From sequence record MW879344.1: a stretch of 64,000 bases of DNA. One strand, written 5' to 3'. Positions 8,260 to 18,676 of this stretch are shown here, in pieces; within the stretch, counting starts at the first letter, position 1; every line of letters begins with the position of its first letter. The notes beneath the pieces were generated by a model, which was not told the origin of the DNA, made no database searches, and was given only the letters and a program-made list of their open reading frames with translations. The position numbers and the translations under genes were made by a program.

Positions 8260-10083
8260 ATGATGAATAATGATAGATTGTATAGTGACATTAACGAATT
8301 TCTAAACCAAAGTAATAAAGATCTTCTAAATGAGAATGCTAACAAAGATGCCAAGATTGTAAACACTCATAGAGACTTGCTTGCTGGCATTCTTTCCAAG
8401 CATTGGGCTGAAGATATTCTTTCTGAAGATTTAATGCAATGGCATAAAAATGGATATGGTCACATACATGATCTGGATTATTTTATTAGTCCTTTAACAA
8501 ATTGTTGTTTAGTAAATTACAGAGATATGTTAGAGAATGGATTTAAAATCGGTAATGCACAAGTTGGGACTCCTAATAGTATTGGAGTTGCTAGTACTAT
8601 ATTGACTCAAATTGTACTCGCCGTATCAGCTAGTCAATATGGAGGTCAAACATTAGCACATATTGACTATGGTCTTGAGCCATACGTTCAGAAGTCCTAT
8701 GAGAAGCTACAGCAGCTTCAAACAGAATTCAACCTACCGGATGAATATGTGGAAAAAGCCTTACAGAAGGAAGTGTATGATGCTATGCAAGCCCTCTTGT
8801 ATCAAGTTAACACCATCACGTCTAGTAATGGACAAACGCCATTTGTGACAATAAGTTTAGGATTAAATAAATCCAAATTTGGTCAAATGATAACTGATTC
8901 ATATTTGAAAGTACATGAAAAAGGTTTAGGTGTTGATGGCAATACTCCAGTATTTCCTAAAGTAGTTTTCTTCCTTGAAGATGGTGTTAATCTTAAACCT
9001 GAAGATCCAAATTACTTTTTAAAAGAACAAGCTATGCGTACTGCATCCAAAAGAATATATCCAGACTTTGTTTCAGTACCATTGAATAGAAAGGTCACTG
9101 GCTCAAAAAGTGTTCCTGTATCACCAATGGGATGCCGTTCATTTTTAAGTAAATGGGAAGATGATAGCGGTACTGAACAGTATGATGGTAGATTCAATCT
9201 TGGTGTAGTTTCTATTAACTTACCACTACTTGCATTAGAATCCGAATCAGATGGTGATTTCTTTGGTAAGATCGATCATCATATGAATATGGCCTATAGA
9301 GCACAGATGAACCGTGTAGAACGTCTTAAAAAGATGAAAGCACGGCAGAATCCAACAATGTTTATGGAAGGTGCAATTGCCCGTTTAGGAGCAGATGATA
9401 CTATTGATAAATTATTTTATGATGGATATGCTAGTATTAGTATTGGGTTCGTTGGATTAGCTGAATGTTCAGAAATCATAAAAGGGCATTTGAACAAAGA
9501 TTATTGTAAGTCTATTTTACATTATATGAAATATAAATGTGAGCAATTCAAAAAGGACAGTACTTTATCATTTAGCTTATATGGAACACCAGCAGAAAGT
9601 TTATGTTATAAATTTGCTAAATGTATTGAATTGAAGTATCCAAATGTTTTAAAACGTGACTTTATTACAAATTCATTCCATCAACCTGTGTGGGTAGAAA
9701 GTACTCCATTTAGTAAGTGGGATTATGAAGAAAGTTTTGCATATCTAAGTAATGGTGGTAATATAAGTTACGTAGAAACACCAAATCTATCTAACAATAT
9801 TAAGGCACTTGAAACCTTAATTGACTATGCGTATGATAGAATTCCATATTTTGGTATTAACCAACCAGTTGATAAATGCTATAAATGTGATTTTGAAGGT
9901 GAATTTGCTGTAGATAAAATTGGTTTCCATTGTCCATCATGTGATAATAGAGAAGAAGGTACTATGTCAGTAATTAGACGAGTATCAGGTTATCTAAGTG
10001 CACCTAATAGTAGAGCGTTCAATACTGGAAAACAACAAGAAGTTATTCAGAGAGTAAAACATGAAAGACAATCGAAAGAATGA
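8260..10083 (+). CDS. nrdD: Anaerobic (class III) ribonucleoside-triphosphate reductase
   Basis: GHIHDLD, TNCCL, QTPF, PMGCRSFL, GRFNLGVVSINL, YGTPAESL, CxxC..CxxC, RRVSGYL glycyl-radical loop; T4-like short form without ATP cone. Confidence 0.95.
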   Translation: MMNNDRLYSDINEFLNQSNKDLLNENANKDAKIVNTHRDLLAGILSKHWAEDILSEDLMQWHKNGYGHIHDLDYFISPLTNCCLVNYRDMLENGFKIGNAQVGTPNSIGVASTILTQIVLAVSASQYGGQTLAHIDYGLEPYVQKSYEKLQQLQTEFNLPDEYVEKALQKEVYDAMQALLYQVNTITSSNGQTPFVTISLGLNKSKFGQMITDSYLKVHEKGLGVDGNTPVFPKVVFFLEDGVNLKPEDPNYFLKEQAMRTASKRIYPDFVSVPLNRKVTGSKSVPVSPMGCRSFLSKWEDDSGTEQYDGRFNLGVVSINLPLLALESESDGDFFGKIDHHMNMAYRAQMNRVERLKKMKARQNPTMFMEGAIARLGADDTIDKLFYDGYASISIGFVGLAECSEIIKGHLNKDYCKSILHYMKYKCEQFKKDSTLSFSLYGTPAESLCYKFAKCIELKYPNVLKRDFITNSFHQPVWVESTPFSKWDYEESFAYLSNGGNISYVETPNLSNNIKALETLIDYAYDRIPYFGINQPVDKCYKCDFEGEFAVDKIGFHCPSCDNREEGTMSVIRRVSGYLSAPNSRAFNTGKQQEVIQRVKHERQSKE

Positions 10084-10477
10084 AACTTGTTATCGTAGAT
10101 GGGTGTTCGATAAGCCTAAAAACGGTAAGAAAAGAGAAAAAACATATTTTCCAAAGGGCAAGAAAATGCCCTTAAAAAAAGCATTTGATATTGTAGTGCA
10201 AGGATTACTTGCAGGAAAAGGTTTACATCCATCTGTTGATTATATCTGGTACGCAGAGAAAATTTCAGCAGAATGTAATGTTCATGTTGATTTAGTTCGT
10301 CAAGTACTACATAAATTAAATCTAGAGGGATGTTGCTCTAAAAGAATACTGTGGGATGCTAGAGGTGGAATGTTCGCCATGCATACACGGTTAGATTGGG
10401 GTGACGCAGTAGTTCCTTGGGAAGCAAAAGAGTATCATGTAAATATGGATAAACTTAAAGAGAAATATGGAAAATGA
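10061..10477 (+). CDS. Hypothetical protein
   Basis: 138-aa ORF overlapping the nrdD stop. Confidence 0.55.
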   Translation: MKDNRKNETCYRRWVFDKPKNGKKREKTYFPKGKKMPLKKAFDIVVQGLLAGKGLHPSVDYIWYAEKISAECNVHVDLVRQVLHKLNLEGCCSKRILWDARGGMFAMHTRLDWGDAVVPWEAKEYHVNMDKLKEKYGK

Positions 10478-10644
10478 TTCAATATGTAATTACTGAAGGA
10501 ATACATACTGGAACTATATTTTCTATTATAATGTCAAGAAGTGTTGTTTTGAAATCTGACACTATTCCAGTTGGTACATTGCTATCAAATATACCAGATG
10601 ATGAACGCATGAAAATGAGATTTAGAGTTTATGATCCCAATTGA
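10474..10644 (+). CDS. Small hypothetical protein (56 aa, not in ORF track)
   Basis: ATGA overlap with previous stop; fills the gap. Confidence 0.45.
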   Translation: MIQYVITEGIHTGTIFSIIMSRSVVLKSDTIPVGTLLSNIPDDERMKMRFRVYDPN

Positions 10645-11140
10645 TTTAAAAGAAAGAGAGAATATGATCTTATATTTCTCTCTTAAAAATAAGAATGGTT
10701 ATTCATTAGATAATTATGATGAAGTACTAGAACAATTAATTTCAGATCTTAAACCAAAAGTACAACAATATTATGCAATTATAATTCCTGAAAGTTCATC
10801 ACCATTTTTAGAAGATGTTGTTAAGCGATGTGGAAAACCATATATTATTGTAAAGAAAAATAATATACAGTACTTTAAAGATTTAGCACCAACATTAGGA
10901 TTACAAAAGGCTGAGCTTAAAAGTCATTTATCTAGAATGGATGACATGGGAGAATCTTTCAAAATTAATATGTTGAAAGCTACTCAGCGTGATAAGTACA
11001 TTGAAAGTTTATTTTGTACTACAATCTCCCCTAACAATTCTATCATTATTGATGATAGTAATTTCTCTGGAAGTACCAAAAAGGCATTACAGTTTAGTAC
11101 TGGATGTTCTGAGTACTTACCAATTTTTACAAAAGGATAA
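10631..11140 (+). CDS. Phosphoribosyltransferase-like protein
   Basis: [13 protein letters not shown] resembles the type I PRTase PRPP-binding loop. Confidence 0.5.
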   Translation: MIPIDLKERENMILYFSLKNKNGYSLDNYDEVLEQLISDLKPKVQQYYAIIIPESSSPFLEDVVKRCGKPYIIVKKNNIQYFKDLAPTLGLQKAELKSHLSRMDDMGESFKINMLKATQRDKYIESLFCTTISPNNSIIIDDSNFSGSTKKALQFSTGCSEYLPIFTKG

Positions 11141-11144
11141 TAAA

Positions 11145-11507
11145 ATGACAATCAAAGCAATTCAAATTCTACGTGGTGAACACGAAGGTACAATTTTGAT
11201 TCATGATGAAACAACTGCACGTGTAATTGTTTCCAAAACATTAGAAGAAGATTCTGAATTACCAATGGCACAATTTTGGGGTGAATCTGTTCGTGAGGTT
11301 AATATCGAATATCCAACCTTAATTGAGGGTGGTCAGCATTTAAATGTTAACGTACTAACACGTGAACAATTGGAAGATGCACAACAAAATCCAGAAAAGT
11401 ATCCACAACTAACTATTCGAGTTTCAGGTTATGCAGTTCGCTTTAACTCTTTAACCAAAGAACAGCAAGATGATGTAATTTCTAGAACTTTTACTACTAA
11501 GGTATAA
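11145..11507 (+). CDS. grcA: Autonomous glycyl radical cofactor
   Basis: [11 protein letters not shown]...[35 protein letters not shown]; start moved to ATG 11145. Confidence 0.92.
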   Translation: MTIKAIQILRGEHEGTILIHDETTARVIVSKTLEEDSELPMAQFWGESVREVNIEYPTLIEGGQHLNVNVLTREQLEDAQQNPEKYPQLTIRVSGYAVRFNSLTKEQQDDVISRTFTTKV

Positions 11508-11513
11508 TGTAAC

Positions 11514-11562
11514 AAAACTCCCTTTATATGATAAATAAAATCATGGTTGTAAAGGGAGTTTT
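11514..11562 (+). promoter_or_regulatory. SD-sequestering hairpin with late-promoter motif in the loop
   Basis: aaaactcccttta (11514-11526) / taaagggagtttt (11550-11562); TAAATA at 11532-11537. Confidence 0.7.
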
Positions 11563-11565
11563 AAT

Positions 11566-12495
11566 ATGCCAAGAAAATTAACAAATGAAGAATTTTTAAA
11601 TAAAATAAATGAAATACATGGAAACAAATTTTCATTTCGTGATGAATACAAAGGTTCACAACTAAAAATGAATATTCACTGTAATAAATGTAATTCTGAT
11701 TTCATTTCTACGGCAAATATATTGTTAAGTGGTAAAGGATGTAAGAAATGTTCAGATTTAAATGCAACAAAGTCTATTGATGAATTTAAATCTGACATAA
11801 AAAAAATTTATGGAAATAAATTTACTTTAGTTAGTGATTATACCAGATTGATAGATAATGTAACGGTTGAATGTAACTTACATCATAAACAAAAAACATT
11901 AAGAGCTAGAACATTTATGAAAGGTAATACCGGATGTGATGACTGTTTTATGAAAAATGGAAGAAAACATTCTATCACAACTGATGACTTTATTGAAAAA
12001 ATCAAAAAAATTGAAAAATTTATTGCATATGATTTTTCAAATTTTAATTATATTAATTCTAGAACTAAAAGTACTGTTATATGCGACAAAGGTCATTCTT
12101 TTATGATTTCACCATCATCCTTAATATCTGGTAGAGGGTGTAATGTATGTTCCTTACATACAATAACATCAAAAGCAATGAATGATATAATTACAATTTT
12201 AGATAATAATAACATATCTTATGCTAGAGAGAAAACATTCGATCAATGTATGAATAAACAAAAATTACCATTTGATTTGTATCTAATAGATTATAATATT
12301 TGCATTGAATATGATGGAAAGCAGCATTATGAAATATGTGATCATTGGGGTGGTGAAAATGAATTTTTATCAAGAAAAAACAATGATAAAATTAAAACAA
12401 ATTTTTGTGAAGAAAATAATATATTATTATATAGAATTAGATATGATGAAGATCATATAAAAGCTATTACAACAATTTTGAGAAGTTTGATATGA
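11566..12495 (+). mobile_element. Free-standing homing endonuclease gene
   Basis: Three N-terminal EF..K....G..F...C repeats with CxxC pairs; C-terminal LPFDLYLIDYNICIEYDGKQHY PD-(D/E)xK/Vsr-like nuclease; very AT-rich; inserted between grcA and nrdG. Confidence 0.75.
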
Positions 12496-12965
12496 ATTAT
12501 ATGAAAATTATAAAAGATGATCTAATTAATGGCAGCGGAGTAAGATGCACTTTATTTGTTAGTGGTTGTTCACATGGTTGTGCAGGATGCTATTCGCCTC
12601 ATACGTGGGATTATCGTTCAGGAACACCATTTAGTACTGAACAAATCAATGATATTCGAATTGAATTATCAAAATCTTATATTGAAGGATTAACACTTTT
12701 AGGTGGAGATCCTTTAATGCCAAAGAATATTGATACAGTACTAGAACTATGTAGAATCGTTAAAGAAGAATTTCCAGATAAAAACATATGGTGCTGGACT
12801 GGATATACATTAGAGCAAGTACTTTCCAATCACGCACATGATGCATTACAATATATTGATGTATTAGTAGATGGAAAATTTGAGGAAGAATTAAAAAATC
12901 TAAAATTATCATTTAGAGGTTCAGAAAATCAAAGAGTACTTTTTAAAGGAAAGGACTATGACTAA
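12492..12965 (+). CDS. nrdG: Anaerobic RNR activating enzyme (radical SAM)
   Basis: NGSGVRCTLFVSGCSHGCAGC (CxxxCxxC), GLTLLGGDPL, DVLVDGKF, FRGSENQR. Confidence 0.95.
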   Translation: MNYMKIIKDDLINGSGVRCTLFVSGCSHGCAGCYSPHTWDYRSGTPFSTEQINDIRIELSKSYIEGLTLLGGDPLMPKNIDTVLELCRIVKEEFPDKNIWCWTGYTLEQVLSNHAHDALQYIDVLVDGKFEEELKNLKLSFRGSENQRVLFKGKDYD

Positions 12966-13137
12966 AGAAGTTATTGTTTATGATAAGAAATTTCATGAAG
13001 ATGAAATAGAAATGATTGATCCGATGGATTTTTTAACAGATGATGTTGTAACAGATGTATTTGGACTACCACGAGGAACGTTTCATGTAGTGGTTACATT
13101 TACACCAGATCCAAATTATGATCCAGATGAAGAATAG
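12958..13137 (+). CDS. Small acidic hypothetical protein (59 aa, not in ORF track)
   Basis: SD aagga, ATG 12958, TAG 13135-13137. Confidence 0.55.
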   Translation: MTKEVIVYDKKFHEDEIEMIDPMDFLTDDVVTDVFGLPRGTFHVVVTFTPDPNYDPDEE

Positions 13138-13159
13138 GCACCCATAGGGTGCCTTTTTT
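13136..13159 (+). terminator. Rho-independent terminator
   Basis: aggcaccc-ata-gggtgcct + T run. Confidence 0.8.
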
Positions 13160-13214
13160 GTTTATACCCTCAATAAATACAACAATGAATATCTAAATTT
13201 TTTAAGGATATAAA

Positions 13215-15914
13215 ATGAGTAAACAAATAAAAGGAAGCGTACAAGTTGGTAGATACGCTTTATCACAAGGACGAAACTTAGTCCGATCTTTAAATGGGTT
13301 ACCATTTGATGGTACTGGTAATTTAGAAATAAATGCATATACAAAAGATGAATTCGAAAAAATAATTAGCGTTTTACCACTATCCCACTATGGTTCATTT
13401 AGCTTTTTACCTGCTGGTGTATATGGTTCTTTTGAAGGTGCGAGTGATGTTCCTGGTTATAGATACAGAAGAATACACGTAGAAAATGATGGTACATTAA
13501 TTATTTTACGTCCAGGAACTAACGGAGCTAAGCGTGGTTTATATTATTCATATCTAGATAATATATTAACAACAACATCTCTGAATAACGCGATAAACTC
13601 AAATAAAGAATATAAACCTGGTTATTTTGGTAGTTCTTATACTGCTAAAATGGCATATGCTAGTGATTCTAGAGTTGTTGCTGGATTAGCACAAAACAAT
13701 GCAGGTGAAAATTATACCTTTATATCATGGGCTAATAATACATTAAATGATACACAGCATGTGGGTTCAATTGTACCATCATCTATTATACAACCTAATG
13801 CGGGTTCTATGAGATTTGTAATGACGGGAAATACGGAAATATTTTTCTTCGTAGAGGTTAGTACTGGTAATAATTTAATTATGGAAGTACGCTCAGTTCC
13901 TATTTCACAAATACAGGCATCAGCAACAACATTAACAGTTACTGAATATCCAAACTGGACAACAAATTCATTTTATGGAAATGTTTATACGAACCAAAAT
14001 ATTGTACTGAATAATAATAAAATGAGTTCAGTGGCATCAGATCAACCATATGTATTAATACCCGCTGGTGGTACTGGTGAAGCATATATGACTGGTGTTG
14101 ATATATATGCTGCACAAAATACATCTGGAATGATACGTTTGAGAGTTGTAGGTGACTGTTGGTGTACAACACAAACTGCAAACATTCGTCCAAAACACAG
14201 TTATAGTTTCTTATTAAATCCATCTACTAAAGTTGCTACACTAGAAGCTGGTAATACCGCACCATTAACTATTACACAGACTGGTAATAATATGTCTGTC
14301 ACTGGTAATACATATACTACTGACCCAATACTTACTGTTAATGGTGGGCGTGGTAACATAGTTATGTCATATTACTATTTTAATAATGGAACAACAATTG
14401 GTATTGGATCTCAAAATTTAGGTTCAGCACCTACTTATATCATGAGAGCTAATTATCCAAATGCTACTTCAATTTATGATACTTTACAAGTTCGTAATCA
14501 TACTAGTACTAATTGGCTTTTAGGATCAATGAAAACTTCATATGGTTCACCAGTTGGTGCTGAAGTTATGGGATATGAATGGGTTACAGGAAATAGATAT
14601 AAGGTAGCTTCGTGGGATGCAAATTCACAATATCGTTTATCATTAAACCAAACAGCCCCTACACCAACATTCACATTCGGTTCAGTTGGATTAGGTACAA
14701 TTAAAGGATTCCAGCCAACTACAAATAGAAAATTCATCGATAATACCAATAATAACAAATTGTTTATATCGACAATTTCTGGAAGTACTGTTACAACAAA
14801 TGGTGGTGTTTTTGTAGAGTCAATTAAATTAAGTTCCCCATTATCATATGATCAAGATTTAAATACATCTGGTTCAATGAGTATAAGTAATACATTATTA
14901 CAAACATTAAAAAATCAACAATTAGCTAATGCAACAATTCCAGTAGATTTGAATAATAAGTCAACCATAACATTATATGTACCACAACAATCTGATATTC
15001 CAGCATTTGCATTGATTTCTGGAATAACCCCAACATTTTCTAATTATATGAAAATTATAGAAGTGAATGTTAATACTAGAACTGGAGTAATTAGCACTCT
15101 AACTTTTAAAAGACTTGTATATGAAGGTGGAAATACAATTGGTGGTTTTAGTTCAGATGCTACATATGGATTAGCTAGTGGGGCAGTTGGATTAACAATT
15201 TATGATGCTGGTTCATTTTACTTTATTGGTGGAGTAGATCCTTATATGTATAAAACATTAGGAGACACCAATAGTACTACATGGAGAGCCAAAGTTACTA
15301 AGAGCACACAACAAATGGACTCATTCATTATCAGTGGTTCTTACCAACATCATACCCCAGGAAATGGTCAATTACCGTGGGCAGTTCCTGGTGTTGGTTT
15401 TGGATATATTGATTTTACACTAAATGCTGGGGATGATAGAGTACGTACAATATTCCAACCAGTAGGTACTACATTAGCTCAATACAATGCATGGACAGAC
15501 ACTGGTAGTCCTATTTTATTGGCTGGACAGGACGTTGCACAGGGATTTGTAATATATTTTACAGAGAATACTCCAGTACTTTTATCAGGAAAATCATTCA
15601 CTATGCCAATTCAAAATATTGATTTGTCAACAGTTAAAGCTAATCCTGCTAATAGTACTTTTTATATCTACGTAACGATGAAAGAAGGTTTAGCACAATA
15701 TTTGGCTACAGAAACAGTAATAGCAGAAACAGGAACTACAGCATATAATACACTATGGATTGGTACAGTGACTACAAATGCAATTCAGATTGATACGATT
15801 AATATTTTAAAACGTAGTCGATTAGATGTATTTGGTGCATCACTAGAAGCTGCTGGTTCTTCATTCCCTGTTAGCTATGGTCTACCATCAGCAACAGGTA
15901 TTATCAATTGGTAA
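13215..15914 (+). CDS. Large virion structural protein, paralog 1 (tail/fibre-associated)
   Basis: 899 aa, S/T/G/N-rich beta-type sequence; TAAATA at 13174; N- and C-terminal blocks shared with the next two genes. Confidence 0.65.
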   Translation: MSKQIKGSVQVGRYALSQGRNLVRSLNGLPFDGTGNLEINAYTKDEFEKIISVLPLSHYGSFSFLPAGVYGSFEGASDVPGYRYRRIHVENDGTLIILRPGTNGAKRGLYYSYLDNILTTTSLNNAINSNKEYKPGYFGSSYTAKMAYASDSRVVAGLAQNNAGENYTFISWANNTLNDTQHVGSIVPSSIIQPNAGSMRFVMTGNTEIFFFVEVSTGNNLIMEVRSVPISQIQASATTLTVTEYPNWTTNSFYGNVYTNQNIVLNNNKMSSVASDQPYVLIPAGGTGEAYMTGVDIYAAQNTSGMIRLRVVGDCWCTTQTANIRPKHSYSFLLNPSTKVATLEAGNTAPLTITQTGNNMSVTGNTYTTDPILTVNGGRGNIVMSYYYFNNGTTIGIGSQNLGSAPTYIMRANYPNATSIYDTLQVRNHTSTNWLLGSMKTSYGSPVGAEVMGYEWVTGNRYKVASWDANSQYRLSLNQTAPTPTFTFGSVGLGTIKGFQPTTNRKFIDNTNNNKLFISTISGSTVTTNGGVFVESIKLSSPLSYDQDLNTSGSMSISNTLLQTLKNQQLANATIPVDLNNKSTITLYVPQQSDIPAFALISGITPTFSNYMKIIEVNVNTRTGVISTLTFKRLVYEGGNTIGGFSSDATYGLASGAVGLTIYDAGSFYFIGGVDPYMYKTLGDTNSTTWRAKVTKSTQQMDSFIISGSYQHHTPGNGQLPWAVPGVGFGYIDFTLNAGDDRVRTIFQPVGTTLAQYNAWTDTGSPILLAGQDVAQGFVIYFTENTPVLLSGKSFTMPIQNIDLSTVKANPANSTFYIYVTMKEGLAQYLATETVIAETGTTAYNTLWIGTVTTNAIQIDTINILKRSRLDVFGASLEAAGSSFPVSYGLPSATGIINW

Positions 15915-15923
15915 GGAAATCAA

Positions 15924-18665
15924 ATGGCATATATAGTTAAAGGCGATTTAGACGCCAAACAACAAATAACAGTACAGGGAAAAACTGTAGGTGTAAATTT
16001 TACAACCACAGATAATAGTGCTGTATATTCAGCAGATACATCAGGACATGTGGATTTACCAATTACAACATCTTCTGACGTAGATTACATTTTTAAACAA
16101 TTGCCCCTATCCCAATATGGGGCAATTAATAGCGTACCATTGGGCGTAGCTGGTACATTTGATGGTGGTAGTACTATACCATATTATTCATCAATGCCAG
16201 TACTTTTAGAAAATGATGGAACTTTAGCGTTTCTTCGCCCTGGTTCTAATGGTAGTACTATAAATTATTATTACACATATATTAATACACCAGATTCTTC
16301 AACAGTGCCTAATACTACAATAAGAAAGTATTATGAAGGCCCAAGTAAGAAGATTGTATTTTATGATTCATATACCAAAGATACATTAATTTATGAAGAT
16401 ATTGATAATCATATCATTCATTTAGTTCTTACGAACGGAACTTTAGATAAAAATTCCCATCAGGAAGGAACATTTAGTAATACACTAATACCATATAATA
16501 TTTTAACAGCATTAAAAGTGGGTAGTTATGTTTATATTATAGCATTATATAATACTGCATACAACTTGAATAATCCAGTATCGATAAATTATAACATTGC
16601 TGACCCTCTACAATTTGTATTCTATAGAGTTCCAGTATCTGAAATACAAGCTGGAACAATTAATACAGTACAACAGGTTACCGGTATTAATGGTACAACT
16701 ATGTATGGTGATGTAATATCATCATCAAATGCTGTAAAAATTGCTGATGCTTGGGGTAGTACTACAGCAAGTGCAACTAAATCCTTTATGAAATATGATT
16801 CAGGAATTCCTGGTTTATCACCATTTACCTATTCTATTATTGGTACAGGTAAAGCCTATTTTGATGGAACTAATATTATATTTTCATTCTATACAAATGG
16901 TTATTGTGTTAATAACACAAGAAGAACGGACACGATGTATGGCATGACAATTACTTATAATACTACAAATAATACATACACCCATGATTTAACTAGTACC
17001 CCACTTGTATGTACTGGTGGAATTTCTGGTTCATTAACTTGGTCAAATCCATATTCCATTAATTCATCTAAGATTGCTGGTATTGGAGCAGATATTAGTG
17101 ATGGGTGGTCATCAGCATGGTATATTACTGATTCTGGAATTCAATACACGGTTAAAGAAAAATATGTATTACATGACTATTATATAATTACCCGTTGTAC
17201 AATTCCTAATTTTACAAATAAAGCTGATGCATATAAAATACGTTCCAAGCAATTATCAATGACTTCTCGATCTAATGTCATGGGCGATTTTGCTTCTAGG
17301 GTTGGTGATCAATTAGTTGGTGGTTCACCATTAAGTCCAACTCGTATAATGTTTACAGGTACTGGTTCATATCAAGGGACACAGTATACAAAATATAAAA
17401 GAGGTATTGCAGATATAGGTAGTACTAGAACATACACATATAATTCATTTGACCGTGGAACAATTACGGGATATGCACCTCAGAATTTTCGTGTACCATT
17501 AAGTGATACGAATGAAAATTTAACTCGTTCAAAAATATCATTTTGTGATGCGGCGGGAAATATTTCTATGTACGGTTGTGTATTCAGTGAAGATATTATG
17601 TTGACGACTGGATATAAACTAGATGCATCAACATTAACATATGATAAAACTGTTAGTATTGATAATTCAACATTAGTTGCATTAAAAAATTCAATTATAA
17701 GTACTTCAGGAATTGACTCAGCTAATGCCAAAGTTGGTTTGTATTTTTCACCTGATACAAGTTTTTGTAAAAGTATTGCTTGTGTAGTTTCTAAAAATAC
17801 AAGTCCAGATGGTGGTAATGTATTATTTGCTACGGTTGATTGTACTATGGTCAATAATGTAGTTACTGTGGCAAATCTTAACACTATTTTTTATACTGGT
17901 TCATTTCCTACTATGCAATCAGTACTAATTACAAGTGAAATGCTTGCAAAATCTGGTTTAAGTTGTGTGAAATATTCCGATTTTACATATATTTCATTTA
18001 GTGGACTAAACGCATATGGCACACCTGGTGATAGTGCTGAATTATCTGGATGTGGAGTTGTTAATGGTAATACTATTTCTAATGTTACTGTATCTCAAAG
18101 TTACCATGCTTCTGGAATTGCAACAAATGCACGAGAATATAGTTATATACCAAATGTAGGATTTGGATATTATATATACGCTAATAACGACCGTGGAACT
18201 AAATTAATATTCAAAAATTGCGGAAATACTTTAGCACAATTTAATTCGAATATTTCTCCAGGAACGGGAACAGATATAGTTATACTTGCACAAGATGTGG
18301 TACAAGGTTTCTATTTGTATTTCACTGAAGTTACACCTTTATTCATGGGTGGACAATATTTTGATGTACCAATTAGTACTGTAGATTTAAATGCAGTAAC
18401 ATCTAATCCAGGAAATAAAACATTTTACATTTATATTCAGTTGATACTTGGTACACCAACATACGTTGCAAGTTTAACCGAGATTCCTGAAACTGCAATT
18501 AATATGTTCATTGGTACAATACAAACCGATGGAACAAAAGTATCTGCGTTAAATATAAGTAAGGTTTCACGCTTTGATGTGTACAGACCAAGTTTAACAC
18601 AAATAGGTTCTGGTTTCCCTGTAAGTTCTGGAAATCCCCAACAAACAGGAACCATCAACTGGTAA
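15924..18665 (+). CDS. Large virion structural protein, paralog 2
   Basis: 913 aa; LPLSQYG...LENDGTLAFLRPGSNG...QDVVQGF...TGTINW shared motifs. Confidence 0.65.
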   Translation: MAYIVKGDLDAKQQITVQGKTVGVNFTTTDNSAVYSADTSGHVDLPITTSSDVDYIFKQLPLSQYGAINSVPLGVAGTFDGGSTIPYYSSMPVLLENDGTLAFLRPGSNGSTINYYYTYINTPDSSTVPNTTIRKYYEGPSKKIVFYDSYTKDTLIYEDIDNHIIHLVLTNGTLDKNSHQEGTFSNTLIPYNILTALKVGSYVYIIALYNTAYNLNNPVSINYNIADPLQFVFYRVPVSEIQAGTINTVQQVTGINGTTMYGDVISSSNAVKIADAWGSTTASATKSFMKYDSGIPGLSPFTYSIIGTGKAYFDGTNIIFSFYTNGYCVNNTRRTDTMYGMTITYNTTNNTYTHDLTSTPLVCTGGISGSLTWSNPYSINSSKIAGIGADISDGWSSAWYITDSGIQYTVKEKYVLHDYYIITRCTIPNFTNKADAYKIRSKQLSMTSRSNVMGDFASRVGDQLVGGSPLSPTRIMFTGTGSYQGTQYTKYKRGIADIGSTRTYTYNSFDRGTITGYAPQNFRVPLSDTNENLTRSKISFCDAAGNISMYGCVFSEDIMLTTGYKLDASTLTYDKTVSIDNSTLVALKNSIISTSGIDSANAKVGLYFSPDTSFCKSIACVVSKNTSPDGGNVLFATVDCTMVNNVVTVANLNTIFYTGSFPTMQSVLITSEMLAKSGLSCVKYSDFTYISFSGLNAYGTPGDSAELSGCGVVNGNTISNVTVSQSYHASGIATNAREYSYIPNVGFGYYIYANNDRGTKLIFKNCGNTLAQFNSNISPGTGTDIVILAQDVVQGFYLYFTEVTPLFMGGQYFDVPISTVDLNAVTSNPGNKTFYIYIQLILGTPTYVASLTEIPETAINMFIGTIQTDGTKVSALNISKVSRFDVYRPSLTQIGSGFPVSSGNPQQTGTINW

Positions 18666-18676
18666 AAGGAATTACA

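Noticed and set aside
8260-10083. Intron or intein in nrdD (a common insertion site in T4-like phages)
   Set aside because: ORF is continuous at 607 aa with all motifs in normal spacing; no C...HN intein signature
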